Below, piece after piece: positions 50,689-60,260 of a stretch of DNA of 64,000 bases. Both the position numbers and the translations under genes were made by a program. The notes beneath the pieces were generated by a model that made no database searches, had not been told where the DNA came from, and saw only the letters and a program-made list of their open reading frames with translations. Position 1 is the stretch's first letter. Every line of letters begins with the position of its first letter. The DNA comes from Candidatus Roizmanbacteria bacterium CG_4_9_14_0_2_um_filter_35_15 (GTDB lineage Bacteria > Patescibacteriota > Microgenomatia > UBA1406 > GWC2-37-13): contig PFRZ01000009.1 of NCBI GenBank assembly GCA_002788805.1, positions 1,464 to 65,463 of the forward strand, read 5' to 3'.

Positions 50689-52803
50689 ATGATCTTTAAA
50701 TCACTATATTATTTAGTCAACTTTTTCATCACTATTGGTGAAGTAACTCAACGCCTCATCATCTTTCCTTTTCAAATACTAACGAGAGCTTTAACTATTC
50801 TGATCAGGCGCTTAAAAGCTATCAAGGTTAGACTGCCGCTGCCAGAGATATCGCTTCGGGTTAAGTATTTTATTACCGGCAGTCTGGTTACTTTAATCAT
50901 TGTTTTTGCTAATAATTCGTATCTTTTTATTAAGTCGCTGCCCTCACCTTCTAACATTGGAAAAACCAACTATCCTTTGTCGACTCATATCTATGACCGC
51001 AATGGCAAACTTTTATACGAAATTTATCATGAGCAAAATCGGACTCCGGTGAGTCTAAAAAAACTGCCAAATTATGTGGCGCAGACGACCATCGCCATTG
51101 AAGATAAAGATTTTTATCGTCATAATGGTATTGCTTTGTTTTCCGGCATTTTCCGGGCGATCAAAGAAATGATGATCCATAAAAACCTTCAAGGAGGATC
51201 AACGATTACTCAACAACTGGTCAAAGCAGCTTTACTAACTCCAGAAAGGACTTGGGAGCGAAAGATAAAAGAAATTATTTTAGCTTTATGGACAGAAAGA
51301 ATTTACACTAAAGATCAAATATTGGAGATGTATCTCAATCAAGTTCCCTATGGCGGATCAGCTTATGGAATTGAAGAGGCAGGTAAAACTTATTTTGGTA
51401 AATCAGCCAAAGATCTGACGCTCGAGCAAGCGGCTTTATTGGCGGGTTTACCTCAAGCTCCATCTCTTTATTCTCCTTATATTAATCCTAAAGCGGCTTT
51501 GGAGAGGCGAAATGAAGTACTGGAGGCGATGTATAAACAGGGATACATTAAAGAAAGCTTAAATCTCAAATCTCAAATCTCAAATCTGGAAGTAATACCA
51601 CCGAAAACAGCAATTAGGGCGCCGCACTTTGTTTTTTATACTAAATCGCAGCTGGAATCATATTTCGGCATTTCGAAGGTAGAAGAAGGCGGGTTAAAAG
51701 TCTATACGACTTTGGATTTAGATATCCAAGAACAAGCAGAACAGATCTTAAGGGAAAAACTTGATAAGATAAATTATTTAAATGTAACCAACGGAGCCAT
51801 CCTCGTCACTCGTCCATCAACCGGAGAGATTTTAGCCATGGTTGGTTCAAAAGATTACTTTGAACAGCCATATGGCGCTTTTAACGTGACGACTGCCCAA
51901 AGACAGCCTGGATCTTCAATAAAACCAATCATGTATTCTTTGGCATTACAAAAAGGTTTTACAGCGGCGACTATTCTTGATGATTCACCGGTGGTCTTTA
52001 AGATACCCGGTGCTTCACCTTATCAGCCAGTCAATTACGATGGCAAATATCACGGAAAAATTCCTTTAAGATATGCTTTAGGCAATTCTTACAATATTCC
52101 GGCTGTACGTACTTTAGAAAAAGTCGGTGTTTCTGACTTTATCGACTACGCCAGTAAAATGGGAATCAGCACTTGGCAAGATAAGTCAAGATACGGACTG
52201 TCTTTAACTTTGGGTGGTGGTGAGGTAACGATGATTGATATGGCAGAAGCTTTTGGCGTCTTAGCTAATAATGGTTATAAATTACCAGAGAGTTACTTTA
52301 CGAAGATCGAAAATAGCAATGGTCAGATTATAAGAGAATACAAGCCATTTAAAATCAAAGAGATTGACAGCGGTATCTCCTATATTATTTCCGACATTTT
52401 ATCGGATAACTTTGCCAGGCAGTGGGCTTTTGGACCCTCTTCTTCTTTGGAAATCCCTGGTTATAAAGTTGCCGTCAAGACGGGAACGACTAATGATAAA
52501 AGAGACAACTGGACCATCGGCTATACACCGGATTTTTTAGTGGTAGTTTGGGTGGGAAATAATGACAATACAGCAATGAATCCTTATCTTACTTCAGGAA
52601 TAACGGGTGCTTCACCAATTTGGAATCGGGTAATGAGTTATCTTTTGAATAATTACTCAAACGGAAGTAAATGGTATGCAAAACCTGATAGTGTCGTAGA
52701 AAAGACTTGTTATTTTGGAAGACGAGAATACTTTATTAAAGGAACAGAAACTAAAGATAGATGTAGTCAGGAAGCGTTGGCGACACCGACGCCGAAACCA
52801 TAA
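50689..52803 (+). CDS. Bifunctional class A penicillin-binding protein (GT51 transglycosylase + transpeptidase)
   Basis: EDKDFYRHNGI, GGSTITQQLVK, RKIKE; SSIKP (SxxK), SYN, KTGTT. Confidence 0.9.
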   Translation: MIFKSLYYLVNFFITIGEVTQRLIIFPFQILTRALTILIRRLKAIKVRLPLPEISLRVKYFITGSLVTLIIVFANNSYLFIKSLPSPSNIGKTNYPLSTHIYDRNGKLLYEIYHEQNRTPVSLKKLPNYVAQTTIAIEDKDFYRHNGIALFSGIFRAIKEMMIHKNLQGGSTITQQLVKAALLTPERTWERKIKEIILALWTERIYTKDQILEMYLNQVPYGGSAYGIEEAGKTYFGKSAKDLTLEQAALLAGLPQAPSLYSPYINPKAALERRNEVLEAMYKQGYIKESLNLKSQISNLEVIPPKTAIRAPHFVFYTKSQLESYFGISKVEEGGLKVYTTLDLDIQEQAEQILREKLDKINYLNVTNGAILVTRPSTGEILAMVGSKDYFEQPYGAFNVTTAQRQPGSSIKPIMYSLALQKGFTAATILDDSPVVFKIPGASPYQPVNYDGKYHGKIPLRYALGNSYNIPAVRTLEKVGVSDFIDYASKMGISTWQDKSRYGLSLTLGGGEVTMIDMAEAFGVLANNGYKLPESYFTKIENSNGQIIREYKPFKIKEIDSGISYIISDILSDNFARQWAFGPSSSLEIPGYKVAVKTGTTNDKRDNWTIGYTPDFLVVVWVGNNDNTAMNPYLTSGITGASPIWNRVMSYLLNNYSNGSKWYAKPDSVVEKTCYFGRREYFIKGTETKDRCSQEALATPTPKP
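51559..51588 (+). repeat. Tandem AAATCTCA octamers in-frame in the PBP inter-domain linker
   Basis: ttaaatctcaaatctcaaatctcaaatctg encodes LNLKSQISNL. Confidence 0.8.
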
Positions 52804-52805
52804 TT

Positions 52806-52844
52806 AGTTTATAAAGTTCATAAAGTCTATAAAGTTTATAAAGT
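52806..52844. repeat. Family A array between the convergent PBP and serS genes, providing the serS stop codon
   Basis: agtttataaagttcataaagtctataaagtttataaagtag. Confidence 0.85.
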
Positions 52845-54104
52845 AGTTATTTCGTTTTTTATCTTATCAAATCCCACTAATTCTTGAAGGATTTTCGGAA
52901 TCAAAATACTGCCGTCTTTTTGCTGATAATTTTCCAGCAGGGCAATTAAGATGCGGGGTGAGGCAAGGGCGGTATTATTCAAAGAAAAACAATATTCAGT
53001 TGAGCCGTCTTTCTTCCGATATTTAATTTTCAGTCTTCTGGTTTGAAAGTCACCCATAATTGAATTAGACATAGTTTCTCCATAAGCCTGACGTGACGGC
53101 ATCCAGGTTTCTGTGTCGTATTTTTTCATCTGGGGTTCGCCCATATCTCCGGTACACATTATCATTACTCGGTAGGGAAGACCTAAATCTTGTAAAATCT
53201 CTTCGCAGTTTGCTTGCAGTTCTTCGTGAAGTTTTTTAGCTTCTTCAATATTATTTTTAGCGATAATTACCTGTTCAACCTTCCAAAATTCATGAAGCCG
53301 GTATAGACCTTTAGTATCTTTTCCATAAGCGCCTGCTTCTTTTCTGAAACAAGGAGAAAAAGCGACGAACTTTTTCGGCAGATCTTTTTCATTCAAAATT
53401 TCTCCGGAATAATATGAAGTAACTGGTTGTTCAGCTGTACCTGCCAAATAAGCGTCCTCATCATTTAATTTATAAGTATCTTGTTCGCCCCAGGGAAACT
53501 GACCGCAGCCAAAAAGAGACAAGCTTTTTATGACTGCTGGAGCAATAATTGGAAGATAATCTTTCTTAATAAGCTTGTTAAAGACATAAAAAAATAAGGC
53601 AAAGTGAAGAATCGCTGCTTCATTTTTCAAAAAATAACCTCTAAAGCCGGAAATTTTGGCGCCTCGTTCTAAGTCAATAAGATCAAGAGCTTGTCCTAAT
53701 TCGATATGAGATTTAGGTTTGAAATCGAACCGAGGAATCTTACCCCATTTTCTGATTTCTTTATTTCCAGTAGCATCTTTACTGATTGGAACTTCTGGTA
53801 ATGGGACATTTGGGACAAATGAGACTAATGAATCTAATTGGGTTTGAATTTTAGTCAGATCGTCTTCGATTTTTTTAAGTTCTTCTTTAATTTGTCTGCC
53901 TCTAACAGAACCTTCGCCGGAGTGGGGTTTACCTTGTTTAGCAAGTTTATTTCTTTCTTCACGGAGGACTTGAGCTTGTTGGATTAGTTTTCGTCTTTGA
54001 TCATCAAGAGAAAGTATTTTGTCCAAATCAACCTGGCGGCCTTTGTTTTTAGCCGCTTGTAAAACTTTTTCTTTGTTATTTCGAATAAAATCGAGAGATA
54101 GCAT
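52836..54104 (-). CDS. serS: Serine--tRNA ligase
   Basis: N-terminal coiled-coil, GFRGYFLKNE, LAGTAEQP, SPCFRKEAG, NNTALASPR. Confidence 0.95.
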   Translation of the reverse strand: MLSLDFIRNNKEKVLQAAKNKGRQVDLDKILSLDDQRRKLIQQAQVLREERNKLAKQGKPHSGEGSVRGRQIKEELKKIEDDLTKIQTQLDSLVSFVPNVPLPEVPISKDATGNKEIRKWGKIPRFDFKPKSHIELGQALDLIDLERGAKISGFRGYFLKNEAAILHFALFFYVFNKLIKKDYLPIIAPAVIKSLSLFGCGQFPWGEQDTYKLNDEDAYLAGTAEQPVTSYYSGEILNEKDLPKKFVAFSPCFRKEAGAYGKDTKGLYRLHEFWKVEQVIIAKNNIEEAKKLHEELQANCEEILQDLGLPYRVMIMCTGDMGEPQMKKYDTETWMPSRQAYGETMSNSIMGDFQTRRLKIKYRKKDGSTEYCFSLNNTALASPRILIALLENYQQKDGSILIPKILQELVGFDKIKNEITTL

Positions 54105-54114
54105 AGTTAAAATA

Positions 54115-54750
54115 TCATATCAAATCTTTAATTCTTTTTGTTAACCTTTTCAACGCCTTTAATCTATGATTAACCTGCTGGTGTTCTTCTTCAGTTAGTT
54201 CTTCATAATATTTATTAAATTTATCAACTATAAATAAACCCCGGAAAGGGTAACCATTGGTCGGGCGGCCAGTAGGTTTTTCAGCGATGTGTCCTTTGAT
54301 TTTTTCCTGTTCAAAGATAGTTTGGTCACCCTGAGGGTGTCCAGAAGGTAAATAAAACGTGACACAGGTTTCCAAATAGGCGATTCTTTTTGAGCCCGTA
54401 CAACCGCGTAGGTTGGATAGAGTATAGTTTATTAACTCTTCATCGCTGGCTTCATATCCAGGCCAACGCCGTGATTTAACTCCTGGAGCGTTATCTAAAT
54501 AGGGGATTATTAGTCCTCCGTCGTCGGCGATAGTTGGTAGGCTGGTTAGACGTCCATAAAACTTGGTTTTTATTTCGGAATTTTCTTGGAAAGTTTTTCC
54601 GGTTTCTTCTGGCTCTTTCTCCACTCCAACGTCGTTTAAGTTAAGTAGTTTTACTCCGAATCCCTCTAATTCTTTTAACCCAATCATTATTTCTTCTAAT
54701 TTAGATTGATTAGTAGTGGCAATTAAAATTTTTCTCATTGATTTTTTCAT
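54115..54750 (-). CDS. rdgB: Non-canonical purine NTP pyrophosphatase (RdgB/HAM1 family)
   Basis: ILIATTNQSKLEE, ETGKTFQENS, ADDGGL, FRGLF. Confidence 0.85.
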   Translation of the reverse strand: MKKSMRKILIATTNQSKLEEIMIGLKELEGFGVKLLNLNDVGVEKEPEETGKTFQENSEIKTKFYGRLTSLPTIADDGGLIIPYLDNAPGVKSRRWPGYEASDEELINYTLSNLRGCTGSKRIAYLETCVTFYLPSGHPQGDQTIFEQEKIKGHIAEKPTGRPTNGYPFRGLFIVDKFNKYYEELTEEEHQQVNHRLKALKRLTKRIKDLI

Positions 54751-54771
54751 AAATTTGTAATAATATTATAT

Positions 54772-55917
54772 ATGTTTTCTTCAAGAAATGGTTTCACTGG
54801 TATTACTTTTGACGACGTTCTTCTTCTGCCTGGGTATACTGATTTTGAGAGAAAGGAAATTGATCTACAGACTAATTTGACAAGGAAAATTAAATTACGA
54901 ATTCCTCTAGTTTCTTCTCCAATGGATACGGTGACTGAATCAAAGTTGGCAATAAGCTTGGCCAGCTTAGGCGGTGCCGGGGTAATTCATCGCAATCTAA
55001 CTATTAATGATCAAGCAAAAGAGGTCTTGAAAGTGAAAAGAAAGAATTTATTAGTGGGAGCGGCTATTGGCGTAAATCAAAGCCATGAAGAAAGATTGAA
55101 GGCTTTAGTTAAAGCCCAGGTTGATTTTATTGTTATCGACTCGGCTCATGGTTTTACCAAAAAGATTATTGAAACGGTGAGAAATATTAAAAAAACCTAT
55201 CCTCATCTTCAGCTCATCGCTGGTAATGTAGCCACTTATGAAGGAGCTCTAGCTTTGATTAAAGCTGGGGTTGATGGTTTAAGAGTCGGCATGGGGCCAG
55301 GTGCCATCTGTATGACGAGGATTGTCTCTGGTATGGGAGTACCTCAGATTTCTGCTATAAAAGAAACCGCCAAAGCAGGGATTAAATATAAAGTTCCAGT
55401 GATTGCCGATGGCGGCATCAAATATTCCGGAGACATAGTCAAAGCTTTAGCCGCTGGTGCTGATAGTGTGATGACAGGAAGCTTTTTTGCTTCAACGATT
55501 GAGTCGCCGGGAAAGGTCATCAAACTTAAAAGAGAACAAGTACCGAGTCGTTTCTTAAGCATTTTAAAAACAAAGCAAAATATATATATTTTTAAAGAAT
55601 ATCGAGGAATGGGTTCGGTGGGAGCGATGAAAAAAGGCGCGGAAATTAAATCCGAGGGTGAGTTTCATGGAAAAAATTATCAAGATAGAGTATTAGTGGC
55701 GGAAGGAGTGGAAGGATATGTGCCAATTAAAGGAACAGTTAAGAGTGTTGTTGATCAAGTTTTAGGCGGGATTAAATCAGGCATGTATTATGTGGGTGCG
55801 AAAAATATTAAACAACTACATCAAAAAGGCCGTTTTATTCCTATTACTCAAGCATCTTTAATAGAAAGCCATCCTCATAGCATTTTGATCAGTAACGCGG
55901 GCAGTAATTACAGCTAA
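54772..55917 (+). CDS. guaB: IMP dehydrogenase family protein lacking the CBS subdomain
   Basis: [48 protein letters not shown]; 381 aa. Confidence 0.8.
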   Translation: MFSSRNGFTGITFDDVLLLPGYTDFERKEIDLQTNLTRKIKLRIPLVSSPMDTVTESKLAISLASLGGAGVIHRNLTINDQAKEVLKVKRKNLLVGAAIGVNQSHEERLKALVKAQVDFIVIDSAHGFTKKIIETVRNIKKTYPHLQLIAGNVATYEGALALIKAGVDGLRVGMGPGAICMTRIVSGMGVPQISAIKETAKAGIKYKVPVIADGGIKYSGDIVKALAAGADSVMTGSFFASTIESPGKVIKLKREQVPSRFLSILKTKQNIYIFKEYRGMGSVGAMKKGAEIKSEGEFHGKNYQDRVLVAEGVEGYVPIKGTVKSVVDQVLGGIKSGMYYVGAKNIKQLHQKGRFIPITQASLIESHPHSILISNAGSNYS

Positions 55918-58226
55918 ACGATTCCCGCCAGTTCAACCTTTCCTCCGCAGTATTTAGTAATAATTTCAATTGATTCTTTTAAAGTTTTTTCTACTTGTTT
56001 TCTGGTTATCTCATAAATTCCATCAATGTTAATTAAAATATTTTTCGTTTCTTCAGTGACGGCAGTCCTCTGGGCGTCACGGTAGTTGAAATAAATATTG
56101 TATCCTCCGACTTGATCAAAGTAGGCGAGATCATTCGATTTATATTTAGTTGGTTCTTTATCTCCTAAGAGTAAAATTTCTTCATCATGTTTTGGAAATC
56201 TTAAAACAGTCGGGAATTGGATTTGATCAAGGTCAAAGGCACCCGAGGAAATATGATGTTTCATGACAATTAAATTATAGGCGTCAACACAGGTATTAAT
56301 TTCATAAAGACCTTTCTTAAGGGCAATCCTTCTTAAAAGTGCTTCGGGTGACGGTCTTTTAGAATGCCAGTCAAGACCCATTTCTTTGTATATTTTTCGA
56401 TAACTCTGAATTTCCGGATAACTTCCGATCATCTCATTAGTTAAGTTTTCTTGAGACTTAACAAATTCCTGAATTTCTTTCGCCAAACCAAGATCGTTTT
56501 TCTTTATTATTACTCCTTTTATAACCGCAATACCGATATTAAGCGAAGGATATTTTTCCAGCATTGATTTATCAATAGAAAAGATTTCCGGATTATTAAG
56601 AATCGGGAAGAGGTGAACAGTTTTTTCTTCTTTTGTTTTTTCGCTTTTATTAATAAGGCCAACTACTTTTTCCACCCCTAATTGTTTGATCAAATCCCCG
56701 GCTTTTGGCCCGTAAGGTTTTCCTGTCAAAGCATTATAGAAAGCATGAAACGCTTCTTTGGGTTTTACGTTGGTTTCTTTGATGGCATCGAAAATAAGTT
56801 GTTGAATTTGCTGTTTATCTTCGGTTTTTAATCTGTATAAATTATCAGCAAGTTTTTTAAGAAATTCTTTTTGCTTTGGAGACAATAGCAGCTTTGGTGC
56901 GGCCGCACCAGAGTTGTTATTCTGTTTTTTTCCAGCGTATTTTTCAAGATATATTCTTGCATATTTTATTCTTTCTTCAACAAGATTTTTTTCCTCTAAG
57001 GATAGGGAACTCCTCTTTTGGTTTTTAAAAAAATCTGAAACGTTTTTCTTATTCTCTAACAGATTAACCATCGTTCGGAAGCGAGGTAGGAATATTCGCG
57101 ACTTCGGGAGCGGTTTAACTTCAGATAACTCAATTATTCGGGCAAAGTCAAGCGTGACTTCTCCGGCTTTTCCTTTAGGCAACTTATTCTCAATTTTTAA
57201 AAAATAAGAGTTCATCAGTCTGTCATAGTCATCAAAGAGATTGAGGATAGTATCGCCATATGGATTAAAGTCAAGATGAGTTGAGATAGGAGTTCTAACT
57301 TGCATAAAACGGAAGACATCTGGTGGTAGGATAGAGGAAACTTCTTTAGCCGAGGAGCCGATTCCTTTAGAAGAAGACATTTTTCGTCCGCCAATGGTAA
57401 ACCATTCATAACCACCCATAGCATCAGGAGGTTCAATTTTAAGAATTTCTTTACAGAAATGAACGGCCATATCGTAAGATCCTCCGGAAGACATATGGTC
57501 TTTTCCTGATGATTCAATGGTAACGCCGATGACTTTCCAATGGGCCGGCCAGTCAAGCTTCCAAGGCAGTTTGCCGTTTTCCCTTGTTGGCTCTATCTTT
57601 CCTTCGTGACCGCAACCGCGAGCCCAGTCAACCATTTGCGGTTCACAGCGGTAATATACATATTTACCATCCCATTTGTAAGAATTGGTTGTGCCGATTT
57701 TTCCGCATTTTTCACATATCGGATTATAGGGAAACCAATTCGGGGGGCGTTCTTTTTTAACCACTCTTTTATAAGCGTCCCGAACAATATCGACCTTATC
57801 AAGAAACAATTTAATTATCTCATTCATTTTTCCGGACCGGTGAAGTTCTGATGACCAAATAATTTGCGGGTGGCAGTTGATGGAATTGAAAACTCCAATA
57901 AATTCTTTTGCGTAATAATCAGCAAAAGATTTAAATCCTAGCTTAGGCGAGGGGATTTTGTACAATGGCTGGCCCATATATTTGCCCCATTTATTTTTAT
58001 CTAAATAAGCAGGCATTCCATCCATCGGATCCATGTCATTAAAAACATAGGAGAATTTTGCCTTAACGCCGATTTCTTTGAGAGCTTTGTAGATTAAATC
58101 GTGGACGATGACACCCCGGAGAGAGCCAACGTGAATCCTTCCCGAAGGCGTCTTCATATCATCGACCCACTCAAGAGAAAAATGACGTTCTTTAAGTCTT
58201 TTTGCTTCGCGGTCTGCCCAGATCAT
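55914..58226 (-). CDS. lysS: Class I lysine--tRNA ligase fused to a C-terminal B3/B4 (PheRS-beta-like, COG3382-type) domain
   Basis: PSGRIHVGSLRG (HIGH), RKMSSSKG (KMSKS), CEKCGK zinc knuckle. The C-terminal ~230 aa has SPEALLRRIALKKGLYEINTCVDAYNLI .. GAFDLD. Confidence 0.85.
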   Translation of the reverse strand: MIWADREAKRLKERHFSLEWVDDMKTPSGRIHVGSLRGVIVHDLIYKALKEIGVKAKFSYVFNDMDPMDGMPAYLDKNKWGKYMGQPLYKIPSPKLGFKSFADYYAKEFIGVFNSINCHPQIIWSSELHRSGKMNEIIKLFLDKVDIVRDAYKRVVKKERPPNWFPYNPICEKCGKIGTTNSYKWDGKYVYYRCEPQMVDWARGCGHEGKIEPTRENGKLPWKLDWPAHWKVIGVTIESSGKDHMSSGGSYDMAVHFCKEILKIEPPDAMGGYEWFTIGGRKMSSSKGIGSSAKEVSSILPPDVFRFMQVRTPISTHLDFNPYGDTILNLFDDYDRLMNSYFLKIENKLPKGKAGEVTLDFARIIELSEVKPLPKSRIFLPRFRTMVNLLENKKNVSDFFKNQKRSSLSLEEKNLVEERIKYARIYLEKYAGKKQNNNSGAAAPKLLLSPKQKEFLKKLADNLYRLKTEDKQQIQQLIFDAIKETNVKPKEAFHAFYNALTGKPYGPKAGDLIKQLGVEKVVGLINKSEKTKEEKTVHLFPILNNPEIFSIDKSMLEKYPSLNIGIAVIKGVIIKKNDLGLAKEIQEFVKSQENLTNEMIGSYPEIQSYRKIYKEMGLDWHSKRPSPEALLRRIALKKGLYEINTCVDAYNLIVMKHHISSGAFDLDQIQFPTVLRFPKHDEEILLLGDKEPTKYKSNDLAYFDQVGGYNIYFNYRDAQRTAVTEETKNILINIDGIYEITRKQVEKTLKESIEIITKYCGGKVELAGIV

Positions 58227-58260
58227 AAGATTAGTGAATGGTTAATTATTTAATTCTAAT

Positions 58261-59553
58261 TTATTTTTTTCGTCGTTGATGACGAACAAGATTTTTCGGT
58301 ACAATATTAATTGTATTTGAGTCTGACAATAATTCACTAACACCTATTATATTTTTCTGGTCATTAGGGTCAATGTACTTTTCAATATTTGCCGGTGGTT
58401 CATAGGTATAGTTTGACGGTTCAGTGTAATTGCAGATGAGTCCTTCATAATTTCTTAATACCCATTTACTATGACCCTGGGACAAGACATAGTTCGGCAT
58501 TAATGGTATTTTTCCACCACCACCGATTCCGTCAATACAAAAGACAGGAACGGCAAAACCACTGGTATGGCCCCGAAGATATTCGATAATTTCGATTCCC
58601 TCGGAGACTCGAGTGCGAAAATGTTCAATTCCTTGGCTAAGGTCGCATTGATAGATGTAATAAGGTCGAACGCGGTTAGCAACTAGTAGCTTAACCAGAT
58701 TTTTCATCACTAACGGATGATTATTGACTCTTCGTAGTAAAACAGACTGGTTACCTAAAGGAATCCCGGCATCAGCTAATAGATTACAAGCTTTGGCTGA
58801 TAGATCAGTTATCTCTTTTGGATGATTAAAATGAGTATTAATCCACAAAGGATGATATTTTTTCAACATCTGACAAAGATCATCGGTAATTCGCATCGGG
58901 CAGGTAACTGGTACTCTTGTGCCGATTCTTATTATTTCTACATGCTTAATTTCACGGAAAAGTTTGATGATTTTTTCCAAGTAATCGGTTGGTAAAGTCA
59001 AAGGATCGCCGCCGGAGATAAGAATGTCGCGGACGGTTTTAGTTTTTTTTACATACTCGGCCGCTTTTAAAATTTTTAGCCAAGGAGTTGGTAGATCAGT
59101 TTCGCCGGCGTGTCTTCGTCTGGTGCAGTGGCGGCAGTACATGGCACATTGGTAAGTAACATAGATAATTAATCTGTCTGGATAGCGATGAGTTAAAACT
59201 CCTTCGAGTCCTTTTACTGGGCAATCTTCTTCTTCATGAAGAGGGTCGGAAAAATCGCTTTTGGAAATATTGGTTTCTGAAATAGTCGGTACAGCCTGTA
59301 ATTTGATTGGGCAAAATTTATCATTGATATCAATTTGCGAAAGGTAATAAGGAGTAATCGCCATTCGTAAGATCTTTAATGATCTTTGAATAGTTTTAGT
59401 CTCTTTATCAGTCAGATATAGAATTTTTTGTAAAATTTTAGGTTCAGTAACACGATTTTTAATTTGCCATCGATAGTCTAACCAATCCTTATCGAAAACC
59501 TTTTTCCAATAACTGTTTTTTTTTGCTTTTTGAAAAAAACGAAATTTATCCAT
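58261..59553 (-). CDS. kamA: Lysine 2,3-aminomutase (KamA family radical SAM/PLP enzyme)
   Basis: CAMYCRHCTRRR (CxxxCxxC), ILISGGDPL, RIGTR. The start was set at MDKFRFF to avoid overlap with the upstream gene. Confidence 0.85.
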   Translation of the reverse strand: MDKFRFFQKAKKNSYWKKVFDKDWLDYRWQIKNRVTEPKILQKILYLTDKETKTIQRSLKILRMAITPYYLSQIDINDKFCPIKLQAVPTISETNISKSDFSDPLHEEEDCPVKGLEGVLTHRYPDRLIIYVTYQCAMYCRHCTRRRHAGETDLPTPWLKILKAAEYVKKTKTVRDILISGGDPLTLPTDYLEKIIKLFREIKHVEIIRIGTRVPVTCPMRITDDLCQMLKKYHPLWINTHFNHPKEITDLSAKACNLLADAGIPLGNQSVLLRRVNNHPLVMKNLVKLLVANRVRPYYIYQCDLSQGIEHFRTRVSEGIEIIEYLRGHTSGFAVPVFCIDGIGGGGKIPLMPNYVLSQGHSKWVLRNYEGLICNYTEPSNYTYEPPANIEKYIDPNDQKNIIGVSELLSDSNTINIVPKNLVRHQRRKK

Positions 59554-59563
59554 AGATAATAAA

Positions 59564-60220
59564 TTATAAACAAATAATAGAATTATTATCAGCAGTATCA
59601 AATATATATTCTCCGATCGGCTCGGAAGAAATTAAAGACAAACTGCTTACTTTAAAATATCTTATTTTATAGTATTCTGGATGTTTTGTGAAAAAAGAAA
59701 AAGTATAGATATTTTTTCCATCGGATAAACCAATATTAAGAGCCTGAATTTCTTTAGAATTCTTTTTAAGAATGTCTCCCACTTTTTCTAAAGCTTCACT
59801 TGGTTTTTTTGATCGGAGATTTTTTTTAAGTAAAAACCAGATTTTTTCTGCTCCAATTTTTCCCGGAATAGAAAGGGAAACTTTTTTCAAAAGTCCGTTA
59901 AAAACAAATATATAATCATTACTAAGATAGGGTTGATTAAACTGGATATTATTTTTATGATGGGGAAAAGAAGCGCTTCGAACATGAATGGAAAATAAAT
60001 TTGTTTTTGGAAAGTTTTGAAAAGTACTTCTGTCTTGCCAAATAGGCTTTATTGATCGATAGAGTTTCCATGAACTATTCTCATACCAGGAAAATCCCCA
60101 GCCATCCCCTTGCCAGTCGCCATCATAAGTTTTGTTTTTTTGTGCCATGATAGAAAATTGTTCAAGAATCGTTTTTGGTTTGATTGGATTTTCTGATTTT
60201 GCTAAAAGAAATCTACACAT
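59564..60220 (-). CDS. Class II (Ntn) glutamine amidotransferase-fold protein, EgtC/YafJ-like gamma-glutamyl amidohydrolase candidate
   Basis: N-terminal MCR (Cys2 nucleophile), GDGWG, IHVRSAS, VFNG, SSEP. Confidence 0.75.
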   Translation of the reverse strand: MCRFLLAKSENPIKPKTILEQFSIMAQKNKTYDGDWQGDGWGFSWYENSSWKLYRSIKPIWQDRSTFQNFPKTNLFSIHVRSASFPHHKNNIQFNQPYLSNDYIFVFNGLLKKVSLSIPGKIGAEKIWFLLKKNLRSKKPSEALEKVGDILKKNSKEIQALNIGLSDGKNIYTFSFFTKHPEYYKIRYFKVSSLSLISSEPIGEYIFDTADNNSIICL

Positions 60221-60226
60221 AAAAAG

Positions 60227-60260
60227 AAATATTAAATATTAAAAATCAAATATCAAAAAT
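60227..60260 (-). repeat. Family D repeat, inverted copy, overlapping the lysJ/argD stop codon
   Basis: aaatattaaatattaaaaatcaaatatcaaaaat is approximately the reverse complement of 37717-37750. Confidence 0.7.

Noticed and set aside
54772-55917. IMPDH without the CBS (Bateman) subdomain as a novelty.
   Set aside because: The catalytic core motifs are intact. As far as I recall, CBS-less IMPDH/GMPR-family proteins have been reported, so this is noted in the features only.
55914-55917. 4-nt overlap of the convergent guaB-like and lysS stop codons (CTAA/TTAG) as a regulatory feature.
   Set aside because: This is probably just genome compaction. No associated structure was seen.
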